Below the pieces are notes generated by a model. The model was not told where the DNA came from. It ran no database searches and worked only from the letters and a program-made list of their open reading frames with translations. Position numbers and translations under genes: made by a program. DNA of 60,743 nt, the filler included, from Hydrolagus affinis (taxonomy: Eukaryota): the NCBI GenBank assembly GCA_012026655.1. It is 4 parts of 4 records of this genome, joined end to end, with 100 filler letters (N's around TTAATTAATTAA, not from the genome) between each part and the next. Parts side by side here need not be neighbours in the genome. Positions count along the whole stretch, not along the records: positions 12,268 to 29,814 come from JAAILG010015657.1; 3 more parts are not named here. The stretch is one strand, 5' to 3'. The stretch's first letter is position 1. Every line of letters begins with the position of its first letter. Of this stretch, positions 12,268 to 23,860 are shown one piece after another.

Positions 12268-13432
12268 GTATTCGTTTGAAACCCGAGGATGATTGAAAGA
12301 ATACAAAAGCAGGATATAACAGATAGTACAACACGCAGCGTCCTTAAAGTTATCTGCAATCTTTTGTGGAACATGCCTTGAACAGTGTCTTCTTGGTGAC
12401 TCCTGACAAAAATTGCCATTTTACTACAAGAGAACGACAATTTGTTGCTGGAGAAGTTTTGAAATGGCTGCTGGGAAAATCCCCAGCACTTTATATGTTA
12501 AAGTTTAACAGTTAAACAACGCCCTGCTGTGCGCTGGCGGTGGGGACTTTAACTCGGTGTTGCACAACTCTCCACAGTCTGCGCAAATTGCATTGTTGTG
12601 ATGTACAGCATACAATATCACGCTGCAGTGAAGCAGATACATTGGAAAGATTGAGGAGCCTCAGTTATGGAAACCCAATCTTGTGAACTGGCTGCCTCGC
12701 CAGCCTGAGAGAAGCCGTCGCTTCCTCGACTGCTGCCTAGTGGCAGTGTTTAGGTACGGAATTAACAGTGTAACACCATTGGAATACATTATCCTCGCAT
12801 TTTGATTTAATGCCTGATCAAGATGTCTCAAGCTTTTCACACTCGCGTTGTTACAAAGTCACCTAAGATTAAGATGCCGTTTTTTCCTTCGAACTGTGCT
12901 TTTGGTCATCAACACAGTTCTGCAAAAAGGCAACACAACATTTGTTCCACTTGGATTTCAGGAGCTTCAGATGTACAACAAAACAACAACAACAAAATGA
13001 CACTTGTAGAGCTCCTTTCACATCAGGGGGATGTCCCAAGGCGCTGACTTTGTATGAGACTTTGTATAGGATTGTGTACAGTATAAGTAAATCCAGATCA
13101 ATGCGTTCAGATAAATAAATGCAACAGGGTTCCGGGTTACAAGTAAAGGAGCAAAGGAGCACAATTTCACTTGAGACTAGATAGAAGTTTTTATTTAACG
13201 CAGATTATAATCGATGACTGAATTGGGTTACCAGGTAGGGTGATGGGTGAGGTAAGAATACTTGGCTCATTTAAAAAAAATTAAGTGCTGGGAGGGTGGG
13301 AAGATAGTTGTATTGGAGGGTTGAAATTAGCCGAAGGGTCCTCTTCTTCATCCAAACCTCTCTTGTGATTTAAGATTATGACTTATTGTAATTTAAGATG
13401 AAGTTATAAAAGTACGTTTATCATCTCCACAG

Positions 13433-13867
13433 CTCAGCCAAATGTCAGCTTGTCTCCACAACACATCGTCATCACCAATGGCTCGGCGGGCTTTCTGAGA
13501 TGTAAAGCAACTGGATATGTTCCTCAGGATACCGTAATCAAATGGATCAAGGTATCAGGTGACGGGGAGACAGAGATTAATTCCGCAGATTTCGGGACTG
13601 CGTTTATAGATGCCAGCAGTGTTTCCAGCCAGTTGAGGATCAGACCAACCATGGACGATGATGGCAATAAGTACAGGTGTGTCGTGACAGACACCCCATC
13701 CAATACTGTTATTGCACAAGAGGCAAAGCTGACTGTGGAGGAACCCACTGTACCATGGCCAATTATTGGAGGTGTCATTGGTGGAGTATCGTTGATAGTG
13801 TTGATTATATTAGTACTTTGTTGCTGCTGCCGCCGGAAACAAACTGAAGAATTTAAGAAAAAAATAG
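13433..13867 (+). CDS. B7-H6/NCR3LG1-like gene A: fused C1 + transmembrane exon
   Basis: ccacag|CT..ATA G|gtaag, 435 nt, phase 1-1. AQPNVSLSPQ..FLRCKATGY..VIKW..SSQLRI...DDDGNKYRCVV, then TM WPIIGGVIGGVSLIVLIILVL and CCCCRRK. Clearly homologous to the C1 exon at 28719 (AQPNVILLPQ..CSATGFYP..DDTGSKYRCVV). Confidence 0.85.
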
Positions 13868-15179
13868 GTAAGATTTGGTTATTCGATTATAAATGGTGTG
13901 GTAATATCTCTTGCCTTAAACAATCAGTAGATGAAATGTCCATATGAAGGCATAAGGGGGCCGAAAACGTTTTGGTTTCCAATTGGGTTCCTTCCAATGG
14001 AAACTGAGCAAGGATGAACTCCTTCCACTAACCAAACGGTGTCTTATAGGATCTGCTGACAGGTAGGCGTCCTGTGAATCAGAGTGACTTTATGCAGATG
14101 TATTATCTGTGAGAAACACTGAAACAGATTAAAGATCCTATGTATGGGTATTGTCTGTGTTACCAATGGATGATGTTATGCAGATAAGAAATAGTTGAGG
14201 CCAAAGGATGGGATGTGATGTGAAATGCGCTATACAAATGTAATTTTGTTGTAGTTGTTACAGCGATTGCCTCAGTGAACACCAGCGAGGACTAAACAGA
14301 AATGGGATGAAAAGCTGTTGGGAGAAATTTAGTGTAGATATTTGACAGGGACTATTAGAGTTGGGAACCTCAGTGATATACCCCAGAGTCTGTTGATAAA
14401 TATGAGGTGCAGTCAACTTTCTCATTACTATTTACTGTACTACTATGAGTGATTGCGTGGACCTCCTTAACTTGTTTCCCAGCACAAACCTGTGCTGCAA
14501 GTCACCTAACATCAGACAATAGGGACCTGATATTCCTTCTCCTGTTTCACACATGTGACAAGTGAAAGAAATTGACCCAACATGGACAACATATATATGA
14601 GGGGATCAATGCTGTATTAGGCTTTCACTGAACAAATTCTGCACTATAATGCCATATAATAATAATCATCCTTGCATTTGATGTAACACCTTATCACGTC
14701 TTTGAGTCGTCTCAAAGCGCTTCCCAGAATATACTGTAAAGTGAATTGACTGTATAGTGTGACACTGGCAAAACTCGGCAGCAAATTGCGCAACAAATTA
14801 TTATTCTTTTGAAGGGATTATTACCTCTGGAAAAGTGACCCACCAATCGACTAATAACTGTGTTCCTACTTATTGATGGGTGACCAATGGGTGTGGGGTA
14901 AAGGATCTTGTCACACGTGTGCAGCTGGAAAATGGGGTTGAAGTTGCGATATTTCTTAATGGAATTTCCTAGTACGAAATCAATGATGGCCAAATGGGAT
15001 TTCCTTCCAAGACCCTTGATGTCTGTCACACCAAACCAGAGGAATGCTCCAATATGGAGTTATCACAGGTCAATTGGAATTCTAATGGAACCCCTTAAGG
15101 TACACCACAAATTAGAAACTAATATCGCACGTGAGAGACGTAAAATGAAATGTGCGATTTTGTTCTAATTCCCTTATAG

Positions 15180-15608
15180 GTTCTCCTCAGATCAATCTAT
15201 TGACTAAACAAGACCAGTTTAAGGATGGTGTGGCGTCTCGTATAAAATGGGAAGTTACTGGGTTCACTCCCCGGAACATATCCATTGCTTTATTATTGAG
15301 AAGAAAAGGAGAAGAATTTCAGAAATTATATGATTGGAATTTGATAAATGATGAAAACCCAGAGAATGGCGAGAAAGGTTTTCTCTTAAACTCGTCATGT
15401 GCACAGGATTGGAATAAGAAAGAAGACTCCATTACTGCAGAAATCTCCAATTGCATTCAGTTGGAGGATGGCACGTTCAGCGTGAAGTGCACGATAACAG
15501 TCCGTCCTGATGCACCCAGGGATGACGGAGCTGAAGTCTCACTGGAAGTTCACCATGATACCCTTAAGACACCGCTCACTTCATCATTGAAGTTAGTCAT
15601 TGAAAGAG
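15180..15608 (+). CDS. Gene A post-TM C1-like exon 1 (no canonical Cys/Trp)
   Basis: ttatag|GT..AGA G|gtaag, 429 nt, open, phase 1-1. C1 hallmarks VTGFTPRNISI, EDGTFSV, DDG.EV.LEVHH.TL..PL....KLVI. Confidence 0.85.
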
Positions 15609-17038
15609 GTAAGGATTGTGTTCTGCATCCCTCTCTCACCAAACAAAAAACCACATGTGGAAACATAGAATCATAGAAATTTCACAAAAGGGACAAATAC
15701 TGGTTATCTAATTCCACAGAATATTTGACCCAGATTGTCCATGGTGTAGGTTTGGGATCCTCAGAGTGTTCTTGAGATCTTTGAGATAAATTCTACAGAT
15801 TAACTTGCTATTCGGAGCACTGGCTCTCAGGTAGTTTTGATGGTACAGTATTGACATGTCCTAATGCCAAATCCCAAATGGGCTGTATTGGATTGACAAT
15901 CAGTATTATCTGTGAAAACCATTTGCCCTTCAGTTACCCAAATACACTTTCTGAGGTCCCATTTGGTTGAAGTGCTGCAGTGGACTTCATAATTTGCATT
16001 TATTGCGGCTTGGTATATTGCCATCTGTGGTGTAGATATACAACAAGGACTAATAGAGTTGGGAACCTCAGTTATATACTCTACACCAGGGTCTGTTGAT
16101 GAACATGAGGTGCAGTCAACTTTCTGATTACTATTTATTACTGTGAGTGATTGTGTGGAACTCCTTAACCTGTTTCCCAGCTCAAACCTGTGCTGCAGTC
16201 ACCTACCATCAGACAATAGGGACCTGGTATTCCTTCTCCTGTTTCACACATGTGACAAGTGTCTGAATGAAATTGATCCAAGATGGATTTTATTGTCCAT
16301 AAACACAGAATTGTATATGAGGGGATGACTGCTGTATTAGTCTTTTACTAAACAAATTCTGCCCCCTAATGCAGCTATATAATAATAATCATACTTGCAT
16401 TTGATGTAACACATTATCACTCCTGTGAAGTGCTTTGAAATGTCTAGAAGATGTGAAAAGCGCAATATCAAATGCAAGGGTTATTATTATTATCTCAAAG
16501 TGCCCAACAGAATATACTGTTAAGTGGATTGACTCAATAGTGTGACACTGGTGAAATGTGGCAGCCAACACAACAACAAAATTGCACTTATATAGCGCCT
16601 TTCATGTCGGGAGGACATCCCAAAGCGCTGAAATAGTGCACCAAATTATTTTTTTTGTTTGTTTTTTATTACCCCTGGAAAAGTGATCTGCTGATCGATT
16701 GACATCTGGGTTCCTACTTGCTGCTGGGGGAATAGTGAGTGTGGAGTAAGGGAACGTGCCCAATGTGTGCAGCTGGAACACTGGGTAGAATTTGTGATAT
16801 TTCTCAATGGAATTTCCTGGTAAGATATCAATGATGGCCAAATGGGGTTTCCTTCCACGAGCCTTGATGTCTGTCACACCAAATCAGAAGAATACTCCAA
16901 TACGGGCTTATTCTGGGGTAGAATTATCACAGGTCATTTGGAATTCTAATAGAATCCCTTAAGGTACGCCACAAGTTAGAACCCAATATTGCACTTGAGA
17001 GTCTTGAAATGTCTGATTTTATTCGAATTCCTTTGTAG

Positions 17039-17470
17039 TTTCTCCTCAGATCAATATATTGACCAAACCCGACCACGTTAAGGATGGTGTGGCGTCTCAC
17101 ATAGCTTGGGAAGTTACTGGGTTCACCCCCCGGAAAATAGCCATAGCTTTGTTTGTGAGGAGAAAAGGAGAAGAATCACAGAAATTATATGATTGGAATT
17201 TGATAAATAATGAAGACCCACTAAAGAATGGCGAGAAAGATCTTCTCTTAAACTCGTCATGTGTACAGGATGGGAATAAGAAAGAAGACTCCATTACTGC
17301 TGAAATCTCCAACTGGATTCAGTTGGAGGATGGGACATTCAGCGTGAAGTGCATGATAACAGTTTGTCCTGATGCATCCAGGGATGACGGAGCTGAGGTC
17401 TCACTGGAAGTTCACCATGAGACCCTTAAGATGCCGCTCACTTCATCATTTAAGTTAATCATTAAAAGAG
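17039..17470 (+). CDS. Gene A post-TM C1-like exon 2
   Basis: tgtag|TT..AGA G|gtaaag, 432 nt, open; close paralogue of the 15180 exon. Confidence 0.85.
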
Positions 17471-18039
17471 GTAAAGATTGTGTTCTGCATCCCTCTCCCA
17501 CCAAACAAAACCCACATGTGGAAACATAGAATCATAGAAATTACACCAAAGAGACAAACACTGGTTATCTAATTCCACAGAATATTTGACCCAGATTTTC
17601 CAGAGTGTAGGTTTGGGATCCTCAGAGTGTTCTTTGAGATAAATCCTACAGATTAACTTGCTATTCAGAGCACTGTCTCTCAGGTAGTTTTGATGGTACA
17701 GTATTGACATGTCCTGATGCCAAATCCCAAATGTGTGTGGGGTAAAGGATCTTGCCACACGTGTGCAGCTGGAAAACGGGGTTGAAGTTGTGATATATCT
17801 CAATGGAATTTCCTAGTACAAAATTAGTGATGGCCAAATGGGGTTTCCTTTCACGACCCTTGATGTCTGTCACACCAAACCAGAGGAATGCTCCAATATG
17901 GAGTTATTCCAGGGTAGAGTTATCACAGGTCAATTGGAATTCTAATCAAACCCCTTAAGGTATGCTACAAATTAGAACCCAATATCTCGCGTCAGAGACT
18001 TAAAATGAAATGTCTGATATTATTCTAATTCCTTTTTAG

Positions 18040-18447
18040 TTTCTCCTCGGATCAATTTATTGACCAAATCCAACCAAGTTAAGCATGGTGTGGCGTCTCA
18101 TATAGCCTGGGAAGTTACTGGGTTCACCCCCCGGAACATAGCCATTGCTTTGTCTGTGAAGAGAAAGCAAAAAGAATCACAGAAATTATATAATTGGAAT
18201 TTGAAAAATAATGAAGACCTACTCTTAAACTCGTCTTGTGTACAAGATGGGAATAAGAAAGAAGACTCCATTACTGCTGAAATCCCCAACCGCGTTCAGT
18301 TGGAGGATGGGATGTTCAGCGTGAAGTGCACGATAACAGTCTATCCTGATGCATCTGAGGATGACGGAGCTGAAGTCACACTAGAAGTTTACCAAGAGAC
18401 CATTAAGAAGAGGATGAATTCAGTGGTGAAGTTAGTCGTTGAAGGAG
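18040..18447 (+). CDS. Gene A post-TM C1-like exon 3
   Basis: ttttag|TT..GGA G|gtaag, 408 nt, open; in-frame deletion relative to exons 1 and 2. Confidence 0.85.
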
Positions 18448-18893
18448 GTAAGGATTGCTCTCTGCATCCGTCTCCCATGCAGTAACATAAAACCATAGAA
18501 ATTACACCACAGGGACACATACTATGTATCTAATTCCAGAGAATATTTAGCACAGATTGTCCAGAGCGTAGGTTTGGGATCTTCAGAGTGTTCGTTGGGT
18601 TAACTCCTACAAATTAACTTGCTATTCGGAGCACTGTCTCTCAGGCAGTTGTGATGGTACAGTATTGCCATGTCCTGATGCCAAAGCCCAAATGGGCTCT
18701 ATTGGATTGACAATCAATATTATCTGAGAAGACGATTTGCCAGTAGTTACCCAAATGCACATTCTGGAGTCCCATTTGGTTGAAGTACTGCAATGGAGTA
18801 TGTAATTTGCATCTGTCTCAGCTTGGTATATTACCATCAAGTCTCTTTTGGGTTCATTATTACCAGGCTTACCATGTGATGTCTGTTTTATAG

Positions 18894-19325
18894 TTCCTCC
18901 TGCAGTGACTGAAATTGACACGTGGCCCGAGGTTAAACATAGTGAAGTGGCCAGTCTGAGTTGGTCAGTCATCGGGTTTGCTCCAAAGCCCATTTCCATT
19001 ATTTTCTTTCTGAAGAGGAAAGCGGATCAGAAAACAAAGAGGCTGTTTCACTGGCAGATCCCAGAGAAGGGAGGAATAGATGATGAACCAAAGATGGGGA
19101 GCACTGCTCTCAAAGATGTAAGGGAGCAATGTGAGGAAGATGATATCATCACTGCTGTGACACCCCACTGTGTGAGGAAGAACGATGGAACGTTCTGTGT
19201 AAACTGCAGCATTTGGATGACTGCTGATATGTGCAGGGATGATGGAGCTGAATTAATTGTCGAAGTCTTTCACAAGGCTCTTGAGATGCCTCTCAAGACA
19301 TGTATGACATTACACGTTACAGGAG
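18894..19325 (+). CDS. Gene A post-TM C1-like exon 4
   Basis: ttatag|TT..GGA G|gtaag, 432 nt. VPPAVTEI..ASLSWSVIGFAPKPISI..NDGTFCVNC..DDGAELIVEVFHKAL. Confidence 0.85.
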
Positions 19326-19382
19326 GTAAGAGCTGCATTCATGTATGTGTGTTGACGTGTATTCTGAAGAGTGTAGTTTGCA

Positions 19383-19710
19383 CAGTAAAACCTCAATAAT
19401 CCAGCATTCCGAAAGCCGGCAATTCCCTAAAACCGGCAAGATTTCAAAATATGTGCAGTATTAGATTCATTTCCGATGTCGGCAAATCTCCTGAAGTTTA
19501 GAGCAGCAGCTTGGAGTCACGGTGTCGCCACTCTGTCAACCGGCGCTGTGGATGGAGCTCGGGGCATTGTTTGCCTTCAGTGCTATGTTTACAGCACACG
19601 TGGTATCTGTGGCGACACATTCCTAGCCATTACTAGGTAGGTTTCTAAATACCGACAAACTCCAAAATCTGGGAAGTGCGTGGGCCCAACTCTGCTGGTT
19701 TAGCGACCAT
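19383..19710. mobile_element. Possible Tc1/pogo (Tigger-like) non-autonomous DNA element
   Basis: Begins CAGTAAAACCTCAATAATCCAGCATTCCG..CCGGC, resembling pogo/Tigger termini; the right end is decayed. Confidence 0.35.
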
Positions 19711-20108
19711 AATGAGTGACCATATCATTATTTTCTATAAAAAACAATTTGAAGGGATTATTATCCTTGGATAAGCGATCGCCAATCGACTAATTGACTA
19801 GTTGGGTTCCTGCTTACCGCTACAGAGCCGTGTGAAGTGAGGAAATTTGCAAAATGTTTTGCCCTGCCCAGGAATCGAAATAGGGTCCCCTTGAGACAAG
19901 ATGAGTTTGAGATTACTTTGACGTTTGAGGTTAGCAATTGCCTGGTTGAGCCACAAATAAGGAGACACCAATAATGTTTTCCACATAAAGACCGATAAAG
20001 AACATGCAGAATGAGATGATTTCTTTTCAAATGTGCTTGTATCACAAAGTGACATGTTACAGAATGACAGCACAGTGTCCATTTAACACGCTTATTTCTG
20101 TTTTCTAG

Positions 20109-20537
20109 TTCCTCCTACAATCACTGAAATCAAGGAACCCCCTGAGATCACTCCCGGGGAGTTGGCCAGCCTGAGCTGGGCAATTGTTGGCTTCAGTCCA
20201 CAGGCCATCAACATTGTTACCTTTGTGAAGAGGAAAGGGGAGAAGGTGAAAAAGAAAGTCTGTCATTGGCGGATCCCAAAGAAAGACAAGGAATCTCAGG
20301 AAGCTAAGACAGCCAGTGTTCCCCTCGACAATGTCGCAGAAGGTTGTGAGGAAGATGGCTCCTTCACTGCCGTGACGCCCCACTATGTGCAGAAGAATAA
20401 TGGGACGTTCAGTGTAAACTGCAGTGTTTGGTTGTGTGCTGACGCATCTCAGGATGATGGAGCTGAATTAATGGTTGAAGTTCACCATGAGGCCCTCAAA
20501 GAGCCTCTCATTAAGTCTAAAACATTACATGTTACAG
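20109..20537 (+). CDS. Gene A post-TM C1-like exon 5
   Basis: ttctag|TT..ACA G|gtaag, 429 nt. VPPTITEI..ASLSWAIVGFSPQAINI..NNGTFSVNC..DDGAELMVEVHHEALKEPL. Confidence 0.85.
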
Positions 20538-21508
20538 GTAAGTTCTGCCTCTGAACGGTGTCCTCGCCATCTCTCATGCATCGCTCCAGTGTTTACCTTA
20601 TGATTCTAACAGGATTGATGGATATGCTGAGTGTGAAGATGCCCCTGCATTGTCATTGCAGGCAGAATGTCAGTGATGGCTTCCCATTATTATTTCTGCG
20701 TCTTCATATCTTTCGCTATTCTATTATGCAGAAACTTACTGATAAATATACTGATGGACAGACGGACTGACTGACATGCACGCACGCACGCACGCACCTA
20801 CGCACGCACGCACTCATACACCTCTCTCGGTTGCTTACACATCCACTCATTCTCTATCAATATCTGACACTCACTATCTCTATCTCTCACTCACTATCTC
20901 AATAAAATAACTTGCATTTATATAGCAGCCTTCATGCAAGGTAGTGTACAGAGTGTTTAATCCATGTCTCGTACACTCATATACAATCACACATATGCAT
21001 ACCCTCTATTGTTCACTCATTCCCTCTCTCCAACTCACACACTCTTTCACCCGTTTGTTCCATTCCTCACATACACACATACTCACACACCGACATACAT
21101 CCTGACATACATGGACATCAGGATTTAACATTCAGAAACCCGACAACGTATTCAGTGTATTTGTTAAATAATAATAGTAATAATGCTTGCATTTGATATA
21201 GCGTCTTATCACTTTGTTGAGACATTGCAAAGCACATCACAGAATATATGAAACGTTGATTGTCCAGCGCCTTAGGACGTCCTCTTTACGTGAAAGATGC
21301 TGTACAAGTGTAATTTTGATTGTTGATATTGTAAAGTGAATTGACTATTTTGTGTGTGAAACACGGCAGCCCATTGTGCGCAGCAGTATTCCACAAACAG
21401 CGATAAAATAATTTCTCTCATAATGTGAAACAGAAGTTGGTGAGATCTGTTTGTGGATTGCACTATGTTGTTTAGGTGATTAATATATTTAAATTTTCTC
21501 TGGTTTAG

Positions 21509-21522
21509 ATGGTGGAAATTAA
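21509..21522 (+). CDS. Candidate terminal exon of gene A (DGGN-stop)
   Basis: ttttctctggtttag|AT GGT GGA AAT TAA fits phase 1; AATAAA near 21950. Other terminal exons cannot be excluded. Confidence 0.25.
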
Positions 21523-22099
21523 GTTTGAGTCTTCGAGCCGCCAAGCAGATGATGTTTGAGGAGAACGTATTTGCGAGTCTCTGCTCTGCACGACACATCC
21601 ACAGAGTATTCGCAACAGCCACAGTCATCATCAAGGCTTTCAATTCTGACAACCACAACATTGATCAGCTTTTGTCAGTTGGTGAGCAGTGATTAGCTCT
21701 GTGTCATCTTTCTAGAATTATAGAGAATATGCTGTGACGATTTTGACACATGAAAGCTCCTTTTCTACAATAATCAACAATAGATGTGTTTTTTCAGATG
21801 TTATTATCACAAGTATATTTTGGGGTGCTTGATAACAACAACAAAATTACAATCGTATGCTGCCTTTCAATGTTGCTTGGCTCATGGGAATTGGATTATT
21901 CTACTTGTTAAGTTAATTGCTGTGAATGCCAGGATATCTAATGAGTCTAATAAAAATAACAGCTAATATACTGAATCTTGTTGAAACTAACGGTATAAAA
22001 TCTAACAGATTTTGAGACATGAAAAACATTGATTTGTGATTGATTGAGATGTTCAGGAGGTAGAAAGATAGCTACTTGGGAAGTAAATTGTTGAGAGTG

Positions 22100-22520
22100 G
22101 AGTTTGTGGAGTCTTGTAACTCAGTGGTTAGAGCACTTGTCTCTCAGGCAAGAAACCAGGGTTTGATTACCAGCAGGGCAAAATCTTGAGCAAGTTTCCT
22201 TACTCCACACGCCTGATAATACTGTAGTACGTTAAGAATAAAAACAATAATAAATTGGTCACTTGAATCCACGACTGTTTGTGGGTCACTGCTATACGCA
22301 ATTGGCTGCCACGTTTTACCCATAAATTTACAGTCAATTAACAACAACAAAACGACATTTATAGAGCGCCTTTCACAACGGGATGATGTCTCACTGAACA
22401 TTCAGGGTCGGGACCCGAGCATGGGGGAGGAGCAGTATGGGAAGATTGTAAATTAACTTTACAGTATATTCTGTGAACACTTCGAGACGTCTAGAAAATG
22501 TGAAAAGTGCTATATCAAAT
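22100..22520 (+). mobile_element. tRNA-derived SINE (with L2-type tail insertion)
   Basis: GTAACTCAGTGGTTAGAGCAC..GGGTTTGATT..GAGCAAGTTTCCTTACTCCACACGC..AATCCACGACTGTTTGTGGG..GTGAAAAGTGCTATATCAAA tail. Confidence 0.8.
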
Positions 22521-23477
22521 AGAAGGATTATTATTATTATCTATTGGAACAGACTTGATGGACTGACCTACTACCTAATGTTCCTATGTGCCAAAGCAAA
22601 GACTGACATTGTCTAATGGTCAAGTGCAGTGTTAGTCTTTGTTGATTTCACTTCTTTGTTATCCACTAAAGAGCTTCATATTGGTTAGGCAATGTACAAT
22701 TGCTAAATATGCATCATGTGTATCAACTCTTCCAATTATTTACTGCACATTGCTATTTATGTAAGGAAATATTTTGTTTGTATACAAAGCATATAAGTAT
22801 ATCCTTTCTATATAAACAAAGTTTATATATGGTACTGTGAATAAACAAGTACAGTATTACAAATAAATAGTTGCGTATTCAAAACTTGTATATTGCTTCC
22901 AAACAGAACAAAGATATGGATAACCATACATATTGAAAATTGGGAATAATAATAATCCTTGCATTTGACATAACCCCTGATCATATCTTCGAGACATCTC
23001 AAAGTACTTCACAGAATATACTGTAAAGTGAATTAACTGTGTATTTGGGTTCCTCCACAGAACACGAGTAAGATGTACTGTCCAATGTACAATGGTTAAT
23101 TGTAGTGAACCTAATGGCTTATGCTGCTGTAGCTAACATTAATAAACATTAAAAATTGAAATTTGTGCAAGACTTTTTCAATATAGATATTTCAGATGGC
23201 TGCCAATATTTCCCTCCTATCTTTATACTTCTCCACCAATTATTTACCATTCCTCCTATGTAGTTATCACAATAATAACAATTTACCTTTACATTACACC
23301 TTGGGAGAATGTCTCAAGGCACTTCACACAAACAATTGGAAGCTCAAATGGGAGAAGTTGAGGAGGAGGTGAGGGTGCAGTAGTTGAGGAGGATGGGGAA
23401 TCAGATCGGGACTATGAAGCAGGCTGGTGTTGCCAGAGCCCGCTGAATGGAGGGGACGGACAGGCTAATAGGGAGAC

Positions 23478-23860
23478 AGCAACAACAACAACAACTTAGA
23501 TTTGCATAGCGCCTTCCACGCCGGATGGCTTCTCAGAGCGCTTCTGAGATCGGAAAGATAGGCGGGGGCAAGACCATGAATGGCCTTGAAAATGAGGATG
23601 AGGATATTGAATTCGATCCACTTGGGGATGGGGAACCAGTGGAGACGGGGGAGGGTGGGAGTGATGTGGTCACGGAGCCTAGTGCAGGAGAGTACACGAA
23701 CTGCAGAGTTCTGAATAATCTGCAGCTTGCGAATGGAGGAGTTGGGAAGGACGACGAGGAGAGAGTTCCCGTAGTCAAACCTTGATGTGATGAATGCATG
23801 GACGAGTGTTTCGGCAGCGTGAGGAATGGGGGGTGAGGAGATCTCAGCTTCCACCTCAAA
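23478..23860 (-). mobile_element. LINE2 3' fragment
   Basis: ORF 23465-23941: AETLVHAFITSRFDYGNSLL..LPNSSIRKLQIIQNSAVRVL..RDHITPTL.RLHWFPI..IEFNILILIFKAIHGLAPAYLSDL. Confidence 0.9.

Noticed and set aside
12667-12753. Leader exon for gene A ending at the tag|gtacgg donor
   Set aside because: The phase-1 frame contains TAG, the ATG frame stops early, and there is no signal-peptide character.
15180-20537. Reading the five C1 exons as an Ig heavy-chain (IgM/IgW/IgNAR) or TCR constant region
   Set aside because: They lack the invariant Cys-Trp-Cys, are 136-144 codons long, lie downstream of a TM exon, and have no J segments upstream.
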